Part shown: in pieces, positions 47,081 through 59,626 of the stretch
How positions within the stretch are numbered: the stretch's first letter is position 1
Layout of the letters: each line of letters opens with the position of its first letter
Source of the DNA: Macrostomum lignano
Lineage: Eukaryota
Assembly: GCA_002269645.1 (NCBI GenBank)
Contig: NIVC01000102.1
Span: forward strand, 825,950 to 889,949
Direction: 5' to 3'
Length of the DNA stretch: 64,000 nt
Translations under genes and position numbers: made by a program
Notes under the pieces: generated by a model
Seen by the model: only the letters and a program-made list of their open reading frames with translations
Told to the model about the DNA's origin: nothing
The model's database searches: none

Positions 47081-48264
47081 TATCGGCTGTCCGGAAAGTC
47101 GTGAGAATGTGTCAGTCAAGCAAGAAAGCAGCAAGCTGTTGACATGATATGCATAAAATTTCAATAATAGACTCATATATGTCTATAGTGTAAATTCTTG
47201 TTATTCTAGTAGCAAAATTGGGGGCAGGGGCGAGCTCAGTATAAAGTGCTCAATAGCAAATGCAACGCAGTGATCAAGCTTGAAAATTTTGACAGCGAGT
47301 TCTTCAAAATGGAAGACTTCCAGGGTTATGCCTACGCTAGATACCGTCTTGGAATCTCCGCTATTAGATGTCATGACGAGCTGCTCAAAGTTTATGGAGA
47401 TGCCACACCAGGTCAGTCAACGGTTTACAGATGGTACTCAAAGTTCCGTGATGAAGCATTTCCCCTGGCTTCAGCTCCTCGGACTGATCGGCCACGGTCA
47501 ACAAGGACAGCGGAACTGATCGAAACCTACCGAGCTCTCGTTGAAGAGGACTCAAAAGTTAGTGTCCGAGACCTCGCCGACTTTTTGGAAGTTGGAAAAA
47601 CAACAGTGCACGAAATTTTGACCGAGGATTTGCACCTTCGAAACGTTTCTGCTGTCTGGGTTCCACATGCTCCCTCCGAGGAGAACAAGACTGCATGCTC
47701 GCATCAATTGTGCCACGCCAATTCGCAGGCTTTTTTACAACGAGGGCGTGGAAAAATTTTGCGACAAGTATGTGGTGGAGGATGAGACGTGGGTGTACCT
47801 GAACAACACTGGCACAAAGCAAAACAACAGGTGCTGGCTTGGCCAAGGGGATCATCGGCCCCAGGTTGTCAGGCACTCGGTCGGCAATGTAAAGACAATG
47901 CTTCTGGTTGCTTTCACTCCAAGCAAACACTTCTCCATTAATTCCACAGCCCCAAAGCAAACTGTTGATGCAGATGGCATAGTTGAATTCATTCGGCACA
48001 CGGGAGACCTATGGCGTACTCTCAGGTCAAAGTCAGTTCACCTGTCGGATGTTATTTGGCAGTGGGACAACGTGCGACCTCACGCAGCCCGTTCTGTGCT
48101 TGCTAAGATTGCTTAAAAAGAGAGGTTCAGCGACTCGTTGACCATTGCCAAGCTGTAATCAACGCAAGGCGAGATTGGATTACCAACTAGTACAGTTATC
48201 GTGTTTTCTGATAGTTCTGACTGGTTTTTTAAATACATTCTCACGACTTTCTGGACAGCCGAGG
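47081..48264 (+). mobile_element. Mariner (Tc1/mariner) DNA transposon with defective transposase
   Basis: 30-bp TIRs at 47081-47110 and 48235-48264, flanked by TA. Transposase from ATG 47309: HTH, WVPH, DETWVY, WQWDNVRPH. Frameshift at about 47700, stop at 48114; the third catalytic D region (YSPDL..D) is missing. Confidence 0.93.
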
Positions 48265-48590
48265 TAGCATCACAAATGTAAAAAACTGCAATTCATAGCA
48301 GGAGGGCTACTCGTACTCAATGGTTCTCGATGTGCTCATTTCCTAAAAAGCACATAAAAGCAGAAACAAAGGAAAATTTGCAGACAAACGCAATCATAGT
48401 TACAGCATAATTTAATATTAAATCAATTTTATACATTAAACAAAAGTTAATACAATAAAATTTACCAAGCTTACGGACTCAACTGAATTCAATAAAAAAA
48501 GTCTGTAAACCTAGCAAAAAAGTACACAGTTATTGGAGCTGAAATTCAAGTCCAGCACAACTTGGAAATCTGAGCAACGAAGTCCTCAGG

Positions 48591-50241
48591 TCACTGCAGT
48601 CTCATCCGACTGAGCTTGGCATGAGTCCAGCTGTCTCTCTGCTCCGCTGCAGTCTCCATGGCAACCAGGCGACCCAAGTCGACCCAGTCTTGCTGCAGTC
48701 TCGCCCTTGCCCAAAGCCTCCGCTCCTCATCTTCCCTGATGCGGTGAGCGCCGCTGTCGCTGCCGCTGCGGTTCGAAACTCGCCACCGCTTCTGCCTGAC
48801 CCAGCCGATCTTCTCCTCGTCCTGCGTCTCCATGGCGACGCATCTCTCTTTCTCGATCATCTCCATCTGCTGCAGGCTGAGCTCCACGTGCTCGCGGCAG
48901 TCGCTGTAGTGAGCCAGAGTGAGCAGCTCCTCCAAGTCCGGGTCTCCAAGCAGCTGTTCAATCCAATGATCGAATGCGATTGCAGGTGCGCGATTGCGGA
49001 GCAGCTCAGCTTGGAGACTCCAGCTCAGGCAGCGGAAGTTCACGTACAGGTGGGAGGAGAGAGGCTGCAACAGTCTGGCTGTGAACAGAGTCTGCGTGAA
49101 CTCGGGAAGGAATGGGAAGCGAGGCGGAGAGTCGCAGGGGAGGCAGAACCTCCACGCCCAGTCTGAGTCTTCTGGCAATTCAGTTGGGCCATGTTCAGAC
49201 CCTCGGTGACGAATATCCTGTGGCTTCAACCCTGACTCAACCTGATGTCTCTGCAGCTCCATCGCGAGTCTCTCAGCCTCCTCAGATTCTCCGAACTTCA
49301 AATGCGCCATGGCGGTCATGCACAGGGCGGCGCACTTGCACCACTGCAGCTCATGCAGGAGACTGAGCTGCCTCATCAGGGTGTCTCTGTCGCTCGATTC
49401 CGACTGCAGCTCGCTCACACACTGGTGCACCACACTGTACACGTCTGCAAACTTGTAGTACATTTCTTCTCGATGCTGACTTCCTTCCCTGATCTCTCTG
49501 ACAGCGGGCGGCGCTGTCAGAGGCAGCAGAGTGAACGGGTGAAAGTAGAACTTCTCTGACTGCAGAGGTCTCACGAGTCTCCTCAGCTGCTCGACCACTC
49601 CGCCGATGTCGCTTCTCAGCTCACAAAGTCGATCTCGAACCCTCGACTTTGTGTTGTCGAAGTCGCCGCCGATTCCAGCGTTCTTGAAGTAGAGCGGAGC
49701 GTCGGGCATGAAGAAGTGCGGCATGCACTCATCGGGCGACCTCCTTGACTTCATAAATTTCAGCATCACGTCAAGAGACTCCTTGAGCAGAGCGATCAGA
49801 TTGTGGGACAGCCAAGCCTCAGTACGCCAACTATTTGAGTCATGCTTCTCCAGAATTGCGAAGAGCAGAGTCTTTGCATGGTAGGTTTGAGTCCAGGTGT
49901 GTCCAGAGTGAGCGGCAAGTGTCTCTTGAAGATGAACTTGATGAGTGTGAACAACTGGCCCTTGACTGTGCTCAGGCGTCTCATGATGTCTTTCTCTTGG
50001 AAGCTGAAGCTCACTCTGAGCTCGTTGGTCGAGCTCGGTCTGGTCGCCCGAACGAGGTGAACTCCGTCATCAGTATACCAAAGCCGTTTTCTAACTCCAT
50101 GATAACTGTGTCTGTGAAAATTCTGATTTAGGATTTTTTCAGTTCTGTACTCGTAGAATCTGCTGCAGCACTGGATCGCATGGCACGTATCGTGTGCAGG
50201 CCGCACACCGCACGCCGTGGCTGTCACTGCAGGTTGGCTGC
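48591..50241 (-). CDS. Mab-21/cGAS-like nucleotidyltransferase (cGLR-type), last exon, with a 1-nt frameshift at 49886-49888
   Basis: Acceptor ctctgcAG at 50243-50242. HDTCHAIQC, ELRVSFSFQEK, LIKFIFKRHL; adding one A restores GLKTYHAKTLLF and joins the 392-aa ORF (…ECMPHFF…). Stop TGA at 48593-48591. Confidence 0.85.
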
Positions 50242-50744
50242 CTGCAGAGCGCAGTGAGCGGAGATTCGCTTGTGTGGAGTGAAAAAATGGGTTGGTTTAA
50301 AAGTTGAAATATGTACGCCTGCGCTTAATTACACATGCGCTAATGTCATGCACGCTTATTCGGCCCTGTGGTGACAGGAGGGATCCCAGTCTTTTCTCTC
50401 AGAGTTGGGGCTAGTGCTCGGACTCTCAATGTGGTCCTCAAACCACTCGCGTACGACGCGAGGTCAGAGGGGGGGGGCGGCAGTCAGTTAAGCAGCTCGA
50501 CCTGCCTCCAGCACGCGTACGACGCGGTGCCGGTCGGGAGTAGTTTCGGGACAGGCGTGCAACGCTCCAATTCCACCTAGGCCCTATACAGCTGACCCCA
50601 AAGAACAACCGGCAGAAAGGTCTCACGATTTTGGGTGATGCGCAGTTTACTTTTCGCGTGACGCAGTCGCAATGGAAACGCAGCGCAGAATAACAGTGAA
50701 CAAGAAAAAAAAGTGAACAGGAAAATTATGCGGGTGAAATAAAT

Positions 50745-53700
50745 GTTCCCCATAGACATTTAGTTACGTGATTGTTCAGTTATGTTAATATGAAGAGGTC
50801 GAACGGACCAAACTAGAAATAAAACAAATAAAATGGACTGAGAGCTGCATCAGCTGTCAAGCTCAAATTGAGGCTTTAGCAATGCACAACAGGGGCATAT
50901 TGCAAGCAGCAGCTACCGAAATGCCTGGAAGTCCGACAAAGTCGCCATCCAAAAGAGTTGGTAAGACAGCCGCTGGCGAGAAATCAGCGCCAGCGATTTC
51001 CACGAAATCTGTACAAGTGGCCGAGTCGGCTGTTGCGACAGTGGAGCAATCAAACGCACAAGGTGCGACACCAAACGCGCTCTCAAGAGGCCAGCAATTT
51101 GAAATCGAAAAATTAGATGAAACTGCGAACTTTCAGAGGTAATAGATTCTCGCAGTGCAGTGAACTCAACGGCTGGCAGGAGGACACGAAAAACAAACTG
51201 CTTCTCATTAAGCTCAGCAACAAGTTATATGACGCCTTGGCAGACCGAGCTGCTCCAAAGAAGCAGGGAAAAATATTTTTGAAGAAAACAGTTTTGTCAA
51301 GCAATATTTTGTCTCCAAGAATTTTGTTCTCGGAGGTCCGAGAAGAGGCGAAAGTGGCCACCCTGGTGACAGCAATCGGGGAAGAAGCCTAAAAAGTGCT
51401 CCGCAACTTGTGCCAGCCCGATACTGTGGTCTCCAAGAATTTCACACAGCTGTCGAAAATTCTGAGGGAGCACTACGCTGCGAGAACTTCCATGCTATCG
51501 GCCAGATTTCCCTTTCAGCAGCGTGTCCAAAGGCCGAGCGAGAGCTTCGCTAACTTCGTAGCCGGTCTCAAGGCAGCTTCCGAGCACATCGAATTCGGGG
51601 AAAACCTATGCGAGAGGCTGCGGGATCAGCTCATTTTCGGCCTTCGCAACGCTTCTTACCGCGCCAAGCTCTTGGAAATCGACAAACCCGACTTCAAAGC
51701 TGTGGTTGTTAAGGTCGACTCTTTGGAGACTGCGGAGAAATCCTCATCGGAGATGACGCACAAGGCTGAACCAGAGGATCACCTGCAGTTTCATAACAGG
51801 CCGCCACCGCAGAAGCAGGGTTCTCGCCAAGCACCCCCAAGCTCAGCCAGCGCCTCACAGTCGCTGTGTGCCAGCTGTGGTGGCGCTCACAATCGCAAGG
51901 AGTGCAAGCTTCGCGATGCTAAGTGCCACAACTGTGGCAAGGTCGGCCACATCCGAAAAGTTTGCAGATCTTCCAAGCTGCACAAGGTGAATCCCGAGCC
52001 GACCGAGCTGCAGGAGCCACTCTTTAGCCTCCGGCAGAGCGGATCGAGCAAAGGACTGGCGGTTGAGCTGCAACTGCAAGGCAAGCCGTGTCGCTTCGAG
52101 GTGGACACCGGGTCCGCCCTCACCGTCATCCCGAAGAGCCTCCAGGAGGATGTTCTGCCGGGTCTCCGTTTGTCGCCGACATCCACGGTGCTGCGAACTT
52201 ACACGGACGAGAGCTTTCGACCCATCGGACAGGCAGAGCTCGCGGTTCAGCACAACGGCCAAGATCGGCGGTTGACGCTGCTTGTAGTCGAGCAAAGCGA
52301 TGTTGCAGTACTGGGTCGCGACTGGCTGAAAGAGCTGAGACTGGACTGGCCGACGATCCTTGGTCAAGTCAACGCGGTGACCGGACAAGTTGCTGAACCT
52401 TGGGCGAGGCTGCACCTCGACTTCGCCAGGCCCGTTAACGGTCGCACGTACCTGGTCATCGTGGACGCCTTCAGCAAGTGGCCGGAGTTTCATAAGACAG
52501 CGTAACGTCTGCTGCCACTATTGTTGTGCTACAGGCCGGATCGCGACTCTGATTATCACAGTGAACGAGCCGAAGATGGCGTCAGTCAACTGGACTCAGA
52601 CTTCGGACTCTGAGCGAGGGATCGCGTCAGGAGACTTAATCAGCCCGTCCCTATTGCAGGATTAGGGACGGGCCTCCCTAGAGCGGCAGGTCGAGCAGCA
52701 GCCGCATGCGCGCGAGTTTCAAGTCGGCGATCAAGTTCTGCTGCGCGACTTCAGCTCCGGTGCGAAGGCCGGAGACACCCGCTGGACGGAGGGAACCGTC
52801 GTGTCTGCCGGAACCCGCAATTGCGCCGTTGACGTCGGCGGCGCTATCCACCAGCGGCACGCCGACCAGCTGCTAGCGAGCTCGCTGCCGGATGCGGGAC
52901 CCGCACCACCACTGGAAACTTTCGGCGAAGCAGCGCTGCCACTTGCTGAGCACAGCGAAGCGGCCGCAGACTGCCCGGGCGCAGACGGCCACGACAGCCC
53001 GGCGCTACCCACAGCGTCGGAGGCAGCCACCTGAGCGTCTGCAGTTTGACTAAGGGACTATTCGAACTGACTGACGCGCTTCGAACTTTAGGGGGGAGAT
53101 GTCGGATTGTTACTGTAACTTGTTTTATTCACTTTCTTAGTCAACGTGCAAGCCCTGTGACCCCGCCCCCACTCTTATGCGTGCCTAGCCAATCATATTT
53201 ATTCTAGTACCCACCACCCCATCTCACTCCTGCGTGCGACTCAATAAATGTACTGCACTAAACAATATAAATATATGGACGCTGTCGCAAGCCAAAGGGC
53301 TTCACTTTTCACGCTTCTCACAACAAGCACTTTGCCTCGCAGAACCCATAACTCCACAGGTAGCAATCAGCAAGCTGTTGGAACAGGATTTCAGCACTGT
53401 CACATTTGACATGGCTATCAATATCGCTGAAGCGCCCAAGACACAAGAAAAGTCCGCCTACTCATAGTCGGTTCAGGAGAACTTCAACGCGACCAAAGAC
53501 TACCGGTTTTGTAGAGACGGAAGGTACTGGAAGTGAGAATTGCTTTCACATTAGACATTCAGCAGAAAGTTACACCATACCTGTGAAGTTAAAGCAGACT
53601 AGTGGATCGATGTCGACAGTAAATGCGCAGATCGCTGCTGGCGCAGGAGTCTCCGTCATGTCTAAAACAATCTGGAAACGGTTGTGGGCCACCCAAGACT

Positions 53701-56120
53701 AAAGCCTACCGACACGGTACTGATGGCGTATGCCGATACCCGGGTGAAGGTTTTTGGAAATCTTGAAACGAATTGGAGTACAGTGGCGAGTCAATCCCAA
53801 GCATATTCTACATCGTAGAATCTCAGAGAAACTTTGTTCTTGTTCGTCAGGACAAGCTAAACTTGACACTCAATGCTGTTGATCAGAAAGCATCTACAGC
53901 ACGTCAGGTGAATTTCGACCAGTGACTCTGAAGATCAAGGAGGGGGCCATTCTGATTCACTGCAAACTAAGACAACTGCCGTTTGCACTAAGACGGAGTA
54001 AAGGAAGAGATTGATCAAAACTGCTCAAAGAAGGCATAATCAGACAAATCAAGTTCAGTGAATGGGTTTCACCAATCGTCAGAGTCAGTCCTTCTGGAAA
54101 GCTGAGAATTTGCGTGCACTACAAGGTGACCTCTTGTCAATGATTCCTATCCGATGCCCGCTCCTGATGAAGTACTCGTAATTGCAACTGCGTTCGGCAG
54201 CCAGATTTACACTCGTCTGGACTTAGAGAAGGCTTATCACCAGATTCTATTGGATGACACTTCTAAAGAGCTCACAGTCATGTCAGCAAAATTCGGAATG
54301 TTTACGTATCTCGAATGTTGCTGACATTCGCTCCCGTTTGGAGTGAGGACAGTGCCCGCGATCTTCCAGCGGTACATTAGCCAAGTCCTACAAGAAATAC
54401 CAGGTGTCATTGCCGATGTGGAGAACATCTTGAAGCTTAGCGGCAAAAGCTTAGATCAGTTGGCGGGTCGAGAGAAGGAAGTGTTGCACAGAATGAACCA
54501 TCAAGGATTAAAGATCAAATCAACAGGGCGAAAAGTGAATTTCGTGAAAGGTCAATCGAATTTCTGGGGTATTTACTGGAAGGAGATCAACTGAAACCAG
54601 ATCCAGCCAAAGTGAAGGACATGAATCCACCGCAGAATTTCGGTGAACTTGAGTCCTTTCTGGGTCTCCATAACTTCAGCGGAAAGTTCATCAGAACCTT
54701 AGCTGCACTGAGCAAGCCACTCAACCGGCTAAGGAAGAAAAACGAAGATTTTGTGGACAATGGAGTGCCAGGAAGCATTCGACAAAATCAAGGCTGCACT
54801 TTACAATCAATCAAGTCTCCAAATATTCAACCCAAGAAGCCAATTGAATTGGAATGGGACAGTTCTCAGCGAGCTCTGGGTGGAGTGTTGAAAGCGGTCA
54901 AGTCGTGGTTTACATGAGCGAGACATTGAAGCTGAGAAAAAATATTCACAAATAGAATGGGAAGTCCTTGCATTGGTTTGGTGCATTCAAGGATGTCATT
55001 GGTTCTTGTACGGCCGGATGTTCACTCTGATAACTGACCACCGACCCCTCACATTCATATTCGCAACAGACAAGGAGCTGTCAACCAGAGTTTCAGCTCA
55101 ATTGCAGCGATGGGCAATCATCCTGGCTATTTCTATGACTATGAAATACAATACCGACCGTCTAAGGTAATGAAATCCCACTTATGCCCGACAACCCGAA
55201 TGCTCAGACAACATCAATCGGACTAATGGAAGCTGACAGTCCTGGACTTATTCAGCTGGATCGCATTGCGCAAGCAACCTAGCTGGACCATGTGTCGAGG
55301 CGACTAAACGCTGCCATAGCCAACAATAGCCTCATTGAGGATCAAATGCTGATTAACTGATGCAGGATGAGCTGTCCGTCAATGATGGAATTATCTACAG
55401 AAAGGACAAAATTTTACTACCAGATGGCTTGAGAGAAACTGCCTTAGCAGCTGTGCATTCGACAAACAATGGAGTTAAAAAGTCAAAGTACGAGTAGATA
55501 TTAGAAGAGCAGTTCTGGTGGCCACAAATGAATCGTGACATCGCTGAGTATATCGAACGATGCAATGTGTGCAACGCTTACAAGTCTAGAAATAACATCT
55601 TTAGACACTCGTGGCACACACATCGATTTCGCCAGCCTAATAGAATACCTACTCGTTGTGGATGCGTACTTGTGCTACCCCTAAGTGCTCGTTCATAACA
55701 AACGACATGAAGGCCGAAACAGGTCTAACAAAACTATTTAAAGGCTTTTCTCACAGTTGAGTGTGCCCCAGTGTCTCTTATCTGATGATGGCCCCAGCAT
55801 CGTTAGTGAAGCCGTAACGAGCTGGCTTGCCAAGATTGGCTGTGCGCATACGTGTATCACAGCGCCCTCTTACCATCCCCAGAGCAAAGGGATTGCAGAG
55901 CGGATGGTGAGGACTGCCAAGGAATTAATCAAGACAAAAGTTTTTTCACAAAGAGCAATGACAGATTTCTATTGTACTACAGAGCAGCCAAAGGGAAGCA
56001 TCATGCATCACCTTAAGAGCTACTTAACGGCAGGAAAATCCGACTCCCGAGCCACGAACTGTGCATTTGCCAAGACGCTTGGCAGCAACACAACAATTGT
56101 GAGTACAGATGAGGGATGAT
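50745..56120 (+). mobile_element. Degenerate Gypsy of the same family as 23155-27501, interrupted by a nested Gypsy
   Basis: Colinear nucleotide and protein similarity (atgcctggaagt…, ELNGWQEDTKNKLLL, ISKLLEQDFS, PAIFQRYISQVLQ, LTDHRPLTFIFA) with many lesions. Confidence 0.85.
51330..53322 (+). mobile_element. Nested Gypsy derivative: gag-protease joined to integrase (RT/RNase H deleted), 3' LTR from 53100
   Basis: RLRDQLIFGL, two zinc knuckles, VDTGS, LGRDWL, then directly EPWARLHLDF…IVDAFSKWPE. PPT ggggggaga at 53091-53099. Confidence 0.85.
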
Positions 56121-56231
56121 TAAAAAAGAGGACCCAACGATCACCGCTCCTCATTTCTTGGTGCGAGCGCTTACTGATCGGCCCGATTCCGGAAATTTCG
56201 GCGACTCGAACCGGTGGACGCAGTGTCACCT

Positions 56232-56614
56232 TTACTGGCTCATTTTCTGTAGGAATCCCTCGATAAGTTCGGCACATCCTCCGCACACTTTTTCTTTTAC
56301 CCAGCTACTGTCCAGAACGCGAAGCTGGCCCACTGCAGACGAAACTCTCTTCCCTCTTCCGTTTCGCGCACTGCCAACACATTCAAAACTTTAAACTCCT
56401 CTCCCTGACCACGCTCCGCTACCTTTTTCTCGTCCGTCACTGCGTAATCGATTTCAGTATTCTCCGTTTCGGTTTCGCTCGCTGGCTCCCATTGCCGCTG
56501 AAACGTTTCTTCGGCAAATCTATCTCTTTCCTGCTTGCGCATCATTTCATCCCGTAGAGAAAAGCAACAGAAAGTAGGCGATGAACTTGACCGCATGGAA
56601 GCAGCGGGAATCAT
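56232..56614 (-). pseudogene. Orphan chromodomain-encoding fragment (probably TE-derived) with one frameshift
   Basis: EEFKVLNVLAVRETEEGREFRLQWASF, then in a shifted frame DSSWVKEKVCGGCAELIEGFLQK*. This fits the chromodomain pattern (V..I/V…R…F/Y…W…SW…C.ELI..F); preceded by an acidic linker. Confidence 0.65.
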
Positions 56615-59116
56615 TTAACGAGTAACCCCAGCCCATGGATATCCATCCTGGTTGTCGCAAAAAAGAAAATCGGTAAAATTCGAATCTGCATCGACGTGCG
56701 AGAGCCGAATAAGTCGTTCGTAATCGATCGACATCCGATGCCTCAGCTGGACGAGATTTCAATAAAGATCAAGGCAGCAAATGGCCGCGTATTTTCAAAG
56801 ATTGTTCTTAAAGCTGGCTATATGCAGATGCAGTTGCATGAGGCATCGCGTGACTTGACGGCATTCATCACGCACCGGGGTTTATATCGGTATTGCAGAG
56901 TGCCGTTCGGCTTAGCGTCAGCGCCAGCGGCCTTCCAAAGGATGTTGGACGACATAGTAGCCGAACTTGACGGGGTCTAACATATTCTGGGCGATTTCTT
57001 TGTTTTCGGGGCAAACATGACTGAACACGATTCAAGACTGCGAGAGCCACGACGGTGTGTGAACGACGCTGGCGCGGCCTAACGGCCAAAAGGAGGACAA
57101 ATGCCTGCTGCGCAATACGGAGGTCGAATTTTTCGTCTTCATCTTCACAGCCGACAGTATGCGACCTTCAGAGTCTCAGACCAAGGCATTCAGCCAGTTG
57201 CGCTCGCCGTCGAACCGAAAGGATCTGCAGGCGTTCCTAGGATCTGCAAACTACCTAATGCGCTTTTTGCCCAATTTTGCTAAAGACAGCTCTGAGGGCC
57301 CTACTGAAAGGGGATGCAGAGTTCGAGTGGTCGACGCACTGCGAAAGAGCGTTCCAAGAGCTAAAATCAGCGAGCTGCAATCCACCAATCCTGGCGCACT
57401 TTGACCCAGAGGCCGAGATGATTGTCACCACCGACGCCAGTGCAGAGTCTCTTGGTGCACAGCTGTTCTAGGTCCAAGACGGCGTCGACCGCCTAATCGC
57501 CTCTGTCTCCCGAGCTTTGACTGACACCGAGAAGCGATACGCTGCAAATAAGCGGGAGGCATTGGCCAGTCTTTTGGCCATGTAGAAGTGGCACTACTAT
57601 CTGTATGGGTGCCAGTTTGAGCTACGAACAGACCATCAAGCGCTACGTCAACTACTGTTGGGACCTACCCGTAGCGGCACGGGACATCGGCCGCTGCGCA
57701 TCCACCACTGGTGCGACAGGTTTCAACAGTACGATTTCCACGTACAATATCTGCCAGGCACTCGGAACTTCGTTGCCGACATTGTGTTAAGGTAGAGCTG
57801 TGGGTCGGACATGAACATCGTACAGCTAGCGGACACTGCGACGCCACAAGTCCAAGTAGTTAAACCTACCCAGCTAGCGACAGCCACGGCCGAGGACATG
57901 GTTTTGCGACAGTTGATTGAGCGAGTGACTAACGGCAACTGGGGCTCAACGAAGGACACGGGTTGCACCCGTTTGTCAAAGTCCGAGAGCCCTTAGCGTT
58001 TGACAGGATGGCACGTGCCTGGCTTTTCAAGAGCGAGCAGTCATTACACATCGGCTGCGGCGTAAGCTACTGGAATCGGCGCACACCGTTCATTCGAGTG
58101 TGGTTCACACTAAGCAGCAGTGAGTTCACCTGTTGGCCAATGATAAACTGCGACGTGGAGACGTTTGTCATAGGCCGCAGAAAAGAATTTCAAATTGCGA
58201 CCGGTTCCTCTGCAGCCTCTGCGGTGACCAGATAAGCCGTGGACACAGATCGCCATCGATATCGTGGGTGAGCTACAGGCAGCACCATCATCGTCACGAT
58301 TCCTTCTGGTCATTACGGATCTGCATAGTAAATGTCCGGAAGTATTCGCAACGTCAAACATCACCAATGAGACGACCTGCAAAGTGTTACGCAGCCTTTT
58401 CGCACGCTGGGGCCTCTGCGAGATGCTGCTCACGGACATCGGACCGCAGCTAGGCGGTGAGCTCACAGGGTTCCTCCGGGAGCGCGGCATCCAGCATCAG
58501 AAGACCATCCCCTACCGTCCGAGCACTAACGGTCAGACGGGGAGGCTTAACTGGACTCTGGTAGACAGCATACGAGTGGCCTGGGCAGAGAATGTCCCCA
58601 TGCAAGACGCGCTGCTGCAATTCCTTAAGACCTATCGCAGTACGCCGCATGGTCTGACTGGCAAGAGTCCAGCGGAGCTGATGCTAGGAAGACGTTCGCA
58701 CACCGCACTGACTGTACTGGCTCTATCTAAGTACACCACGGAAGCACGGCCAGATATCGTTCAGCTAATTAGGGAGAACAGCAGCGAACGGCGGCTTATA
58801 CCGACCAGCGGCAGGAAGGGGCGACCACCAACATACCAAGACCAGCCTCAGGACGAGCGATTATACCGCTCACTTCAAATCGAACCGCAGCAGCCACCGG
58901 TGCAACGCTACGGCTGGTAAACCTTTTAGAGAGGGGGAAGACACTGTGTCGTGATTTAATGTTTTAAGTATTTTTGTTGCTTGGACAATATATGAGCTAA
59001 TGTATATAGACCGAATCTTTTCGAAATAATTTCGCAATAAAGACAGACAAAGACAGGGTCTCGGCGTTAGACCACTCAAGACGCGGCTGAGCTGAGCTAC
59101 GCTCGCAAATAAAACA
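56615..59116 (+). mobile_element. 5'-truncated degenerate Gypsy (RT-RNase H-integrase, 3' LTR from about 58945)
   Basis: RICIDVREPNK…HPMP…PFGLASAPAAFQR, TTDASAESLGA, ITDLHSKCPE, TDIGPQL. PPT gagggggaaga. Confidence 0.85.
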
Positions 59117-59207
59117 ATATTGAATCCACGAGATATAGCACAAAGTTATTGAGCTTCCAGTTGCATGCGGATCTCAGCATTCTGATGATGAACCCAGCCT
59201 CACTCAC

Positions 59208-59572
59208 CTGCTCCCACTGCCACCTGTGCGTGGCCCTCCGTGACCTGCAGCCGAGTGGCGTCTCTGCAGAAACCATATTGTCCACTGCAGCCACCTTCCA
59301 GATGGAACCATTGCCCAGCAACCAGCACAGTCCAGTCAATGTCCGAGTCTGCAGCTGTCCTGCCGTTCACTTGCACCAGACTGTTGGCCCAGCCCTCTGC
59401 GTAGCTGCCCGTCATCCGCCTGCCATCCTGTGTGAGGACTCGAGCGACTTCTTCCAGCCAGTCAGCCAGTCTCTGCTGACACTTTGCTCTCTGCTCGGTG
59501 AATCCCGCATCGCTGAGCAGTCGATGCAGCTCCTCGCTCAGGCGCCTGTCTTGCTGGGAGTCGTCTGAGAGC
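59208..59572 (-). CDS. Mab-21/cGAS-like gene, internal exon carrying the NTase catalytic motif
   Basis: TGSYAEGWANSLVQVNGRTAADSDIDWTVLV (GS…DxD at 59409-59335). Acceptor cattccAG at 59574-59573. Donor AG|GTGAGT at 59207, phase-matched to 50241 (…VAVGA-G-SQPAVTA…). Confidence 0.85.
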
Positions 59573-59626
59573 CTGGAATGATCCGAGATGCGTGTGGGTG
59601 ATTTGCTCAGAGTTGGATGGACAGAA

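Noticed and set aside
47246-48116. SETMAR-like domesticated host gene
   Set aside because: It has TIRs and TA flanks, a frameshift and a lost C-terminal catalytic region, and no SET domain. It is an ordinary dead mariner.
48621-49559. Plus-strand ORFs of 181, 104 and 84 aa overlapping the Mab-21 exon
   Set aside because: Antisense shadow ORFs of a GC-rich coding exon with no recognisable motifs.
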